Shown here: piece by piece, positions 38,841 through 40,269 of the stretch
Layout of the letters: every line of letters starts with the position of its first letter
How positions within the stretch are numbered: position 1 is the first letter of the stretch
Assembly: GCA_004212135.1 (NCBI GenBank)
Contig: RXIE01000128.1
Coordinates: forward strand, 1 to 40,269
Direction of reading: 5' to 3'
Source: Candidatus Methanophagales archaeon ANME-1-THS
Lineage (GTDB): Archaea; Halobacteriota; Syntropharchaeia; Alkanophagales; Methanospirareceae
DNA length: 40,269 bases
Program-made: the position numbers and the translations under genes
Notes under the pieces: model-generated
Databases searched by the model: none
Seen by the model: the letters and a program-made list of their open reading frames with translations, nothing else
What the model was told of the DNA's origin: nothing

Positions 38841-39434
38841 GCCATAGGGCTGAAAGCACGAAAACCTGAAAGGAGGTTGATAATATGGGATTGAATCCGG
38901 GAGACTTAGAGAAAGTTCCGAAAGAAATGAGTATAAGGGAGTGCTACGAACGAATCTATAATTAGCACAAGAAATATGGGCAGAAAAGAATGAAGGAAAA
39001 ATACGGACGCGATGATGCATACAGTAAAGCGTATTTGGATCTAGTAGATGCTCTCCCTTCGCCAAAGAAAGCTACCCAAGAAGATATGGATTTCGTATTT
39101 GGTGAGGTTATATCAATGCTAATGGAGTGGTCATACCACGAGGCAGATGAATATGGAATCAAAATTGCGGCATATGCTCACTTTGCCTTAGATAAGCAGT
39201 ATGCCAATGGTTTCCAAGATGAAAGATTTAGAAAAAGTAGAGAAACTTCAAAGCTTTTTGGTGAATTTGGTTATCCAAAATGGAAGGAGAAATATGAGAA
39301 GAAAGATGCATAACGACGCTTTCAGCCCTACACGCCCTAACGGGCTGGCGTATAACAGAGCGTATCTGGCTACGGTGCTTCGCACTTCCGCCTAAATTCC
39401 TCGCTTCGCTCGGAACTTCGGATACGCTCAGCCG
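38835..39434 (+). mobile_element. Integron gene cassette 1 (600 bp)
   Basis: Begins G/TTATACGCCA; its attC R'' region TGGCGTATAAC is the exact reverse complement; ends at G/TTATGT. Single ORF. Confidence 0.8.
38885..39313 (+). pseudogene. Cassette ORF, hypothetical 142-codon protein with in-frame TAG
   Basis: AGGAGG RBS, ATG 38885 in frame with ORF 38990-39313, TAG at 38963-38965. Confidence 0.68.
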
Positions 39435-39440
39435 TTATGT
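39350..39440 (+). other. attC site
   Basis: R'' GTATAAC ... R' GTTATGT, 91 bp; stem GAGCGTATC/GATACGCTC; internal GCTTCGC hairpins. Confidence 0.8.
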
Positions 39441-39475
39441 GCTATATTATTCAAAACTTAAAGAAGGGTAAATAA

Positions 39476-40269
39476 ATGGAAGTTCCAATTAAACCCTCAA
39501 GCAAAGAGGAAATACAAAAGGCTATTAAAACCATAAAAGAACTAGACCTTAAATCAGCAGAAATAGATACTATAAAAGAACTCTTAACACCTATTTTTAA
39601 AGGGTATATTATAACTACTCCAAAGTTTAAACCTGGGCTAACTTTATACAGAGGGAGATGTTTCGAAAACAAACCAACAAACATCAGTGAGATAACATAT
39701 CCACCAAAAGAACGTATTAGAAGTGTCCAGAGGGTAAATAGAGCAGGTCATCCCGTTTTTTATTGTAGTACAGCTAGAGAAGCTTTATTTTTTGAATTAG
39801 ATGTAAAACCTAAGGATAAAATTGTGGTTTCAAAATGGGAAACGACAAAAGAACTACTAGTTAATAACGTCGGTTACACAAGAACCTGTTTTTCTAATTT
39901 AAAATCTAATAGAGAAAGTCAAACTTGGGGGGAAATTAAGAAGGAAATTAATATTCCGGAAACCAACAATTTGGTTAATGAATTTCTTTCTCAAGAATTC
40001 ACTAAGATTGTCCCTGCCGAAAAAGAATATCTTTATAAAATATCAATAGCTATTGCAGAAAAACTTTTCTCAGATGATCTGTTTGACGGTCTACTCTATC
40101 CAACAATTCCTATGAAAGCGAATGCAGACAACCTTGCATTAAAACCTAGATACATTGACGAAAAGAAAATAGCTATCAAAACGGTTGAGTACATTCAAAT
40201 TGATACCAAGGAAGATTTTAAGTATAAAATAACTGTTTTAGATTTTGCGAACTCTTATCTCATCATAGT
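39476..40269 (+). CDS. RES-domain protein (cassette 2), 3'-truncated by the window; absent from the ORF track
   Basis: Open frame from ATG 39476: LYRGR...YPP...QRVNRAGHPVFYCS...ALFFE...DGLLYPT...NLAL. Very AT-rich. Confidence 0.8.
   Translation, partial: MEVPIKPSSKEEIQKAIKTIKELDLKSAEIDTIKELLTPIFKGYIITTPKFKPGLTLYRGRCFENKPTNISEITYPPKERIRSVQRVNRAGHPVFYCSTAREALFFELDVKPKDKIVVSKWETTKELLVNNVGYTRTCFSNLKSNRESQTWGEIKKEINIPETNNLVNEFLSQEFTKIVPAEKEYLYKISIAIAEKLFSDDLFDGLLYPTIPMKANADNLALKPRYIDEKKIAIKTVEYIQIDTKEDFKYKITVLDFANSYLII

Noticed and set aside
39308..39314. GCATAAC overlapping the cassette ORF stop as the attC R''
   Set aside because: GTATAAC at 39350 is followed by the pairing stem and matches the cassette 5' end over 11 bp, so it fits better.
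39201..39395. 64-aa ORF across the attC
   Set aside because: Overlaps the cassette gene and reads through palindromic site DNA.
1..40269. tRNA, rRNA or CRISPR array
   Set aside because: No cloverleaf with a T-loop in intergenic DNA and no regularly spaced repeats seen by eye; tRNAscan-SE would be decisive.

Overview
Archaeal DNA. TFB, DUF2111, a DUF39-CBS homocysteine enzyme and S-layer-type proteins point to a Methanomicrobia/ANME-1-like organism (inference). From left to right: (1) three surface proteins, one a 3498-aa mosaic with a thioredoxin domain and a Cys-rich domain; (2) a homocysteine-synthesis/radical SAM pair and an ABC ATPase with no permease; (3) a ~3.4-kb tyrosine-integrase element carrying an HhH-GPD glycosylase-like gene; (4) a glucan/sugar operon and a signalling cluster (triply frameshifted GvpD/KaiC-like ATPase, wHTH, REC-roadblock fusion, PAS kinase), where five or six upstream regions share one ~40-bp motif, next to a divergent TFB paralog; (5) gene relics, including a tyrosine recombinase fragment missing from the ORF track; (6) a SNF2-SWIM pair; (7) the start of an archaeal integron-type cassette array, with an attI-like site bearing twin palindromes, one complete cassette with attC and extended terminal inverted repeats, and a second cassette encoding a RES-domain protein that runs off the window. 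No intI gene is adjacent to the array. No tRNA, rRNA or CRISPR array was seen. All family assignments come from motif recognition by eye, not from database searches.
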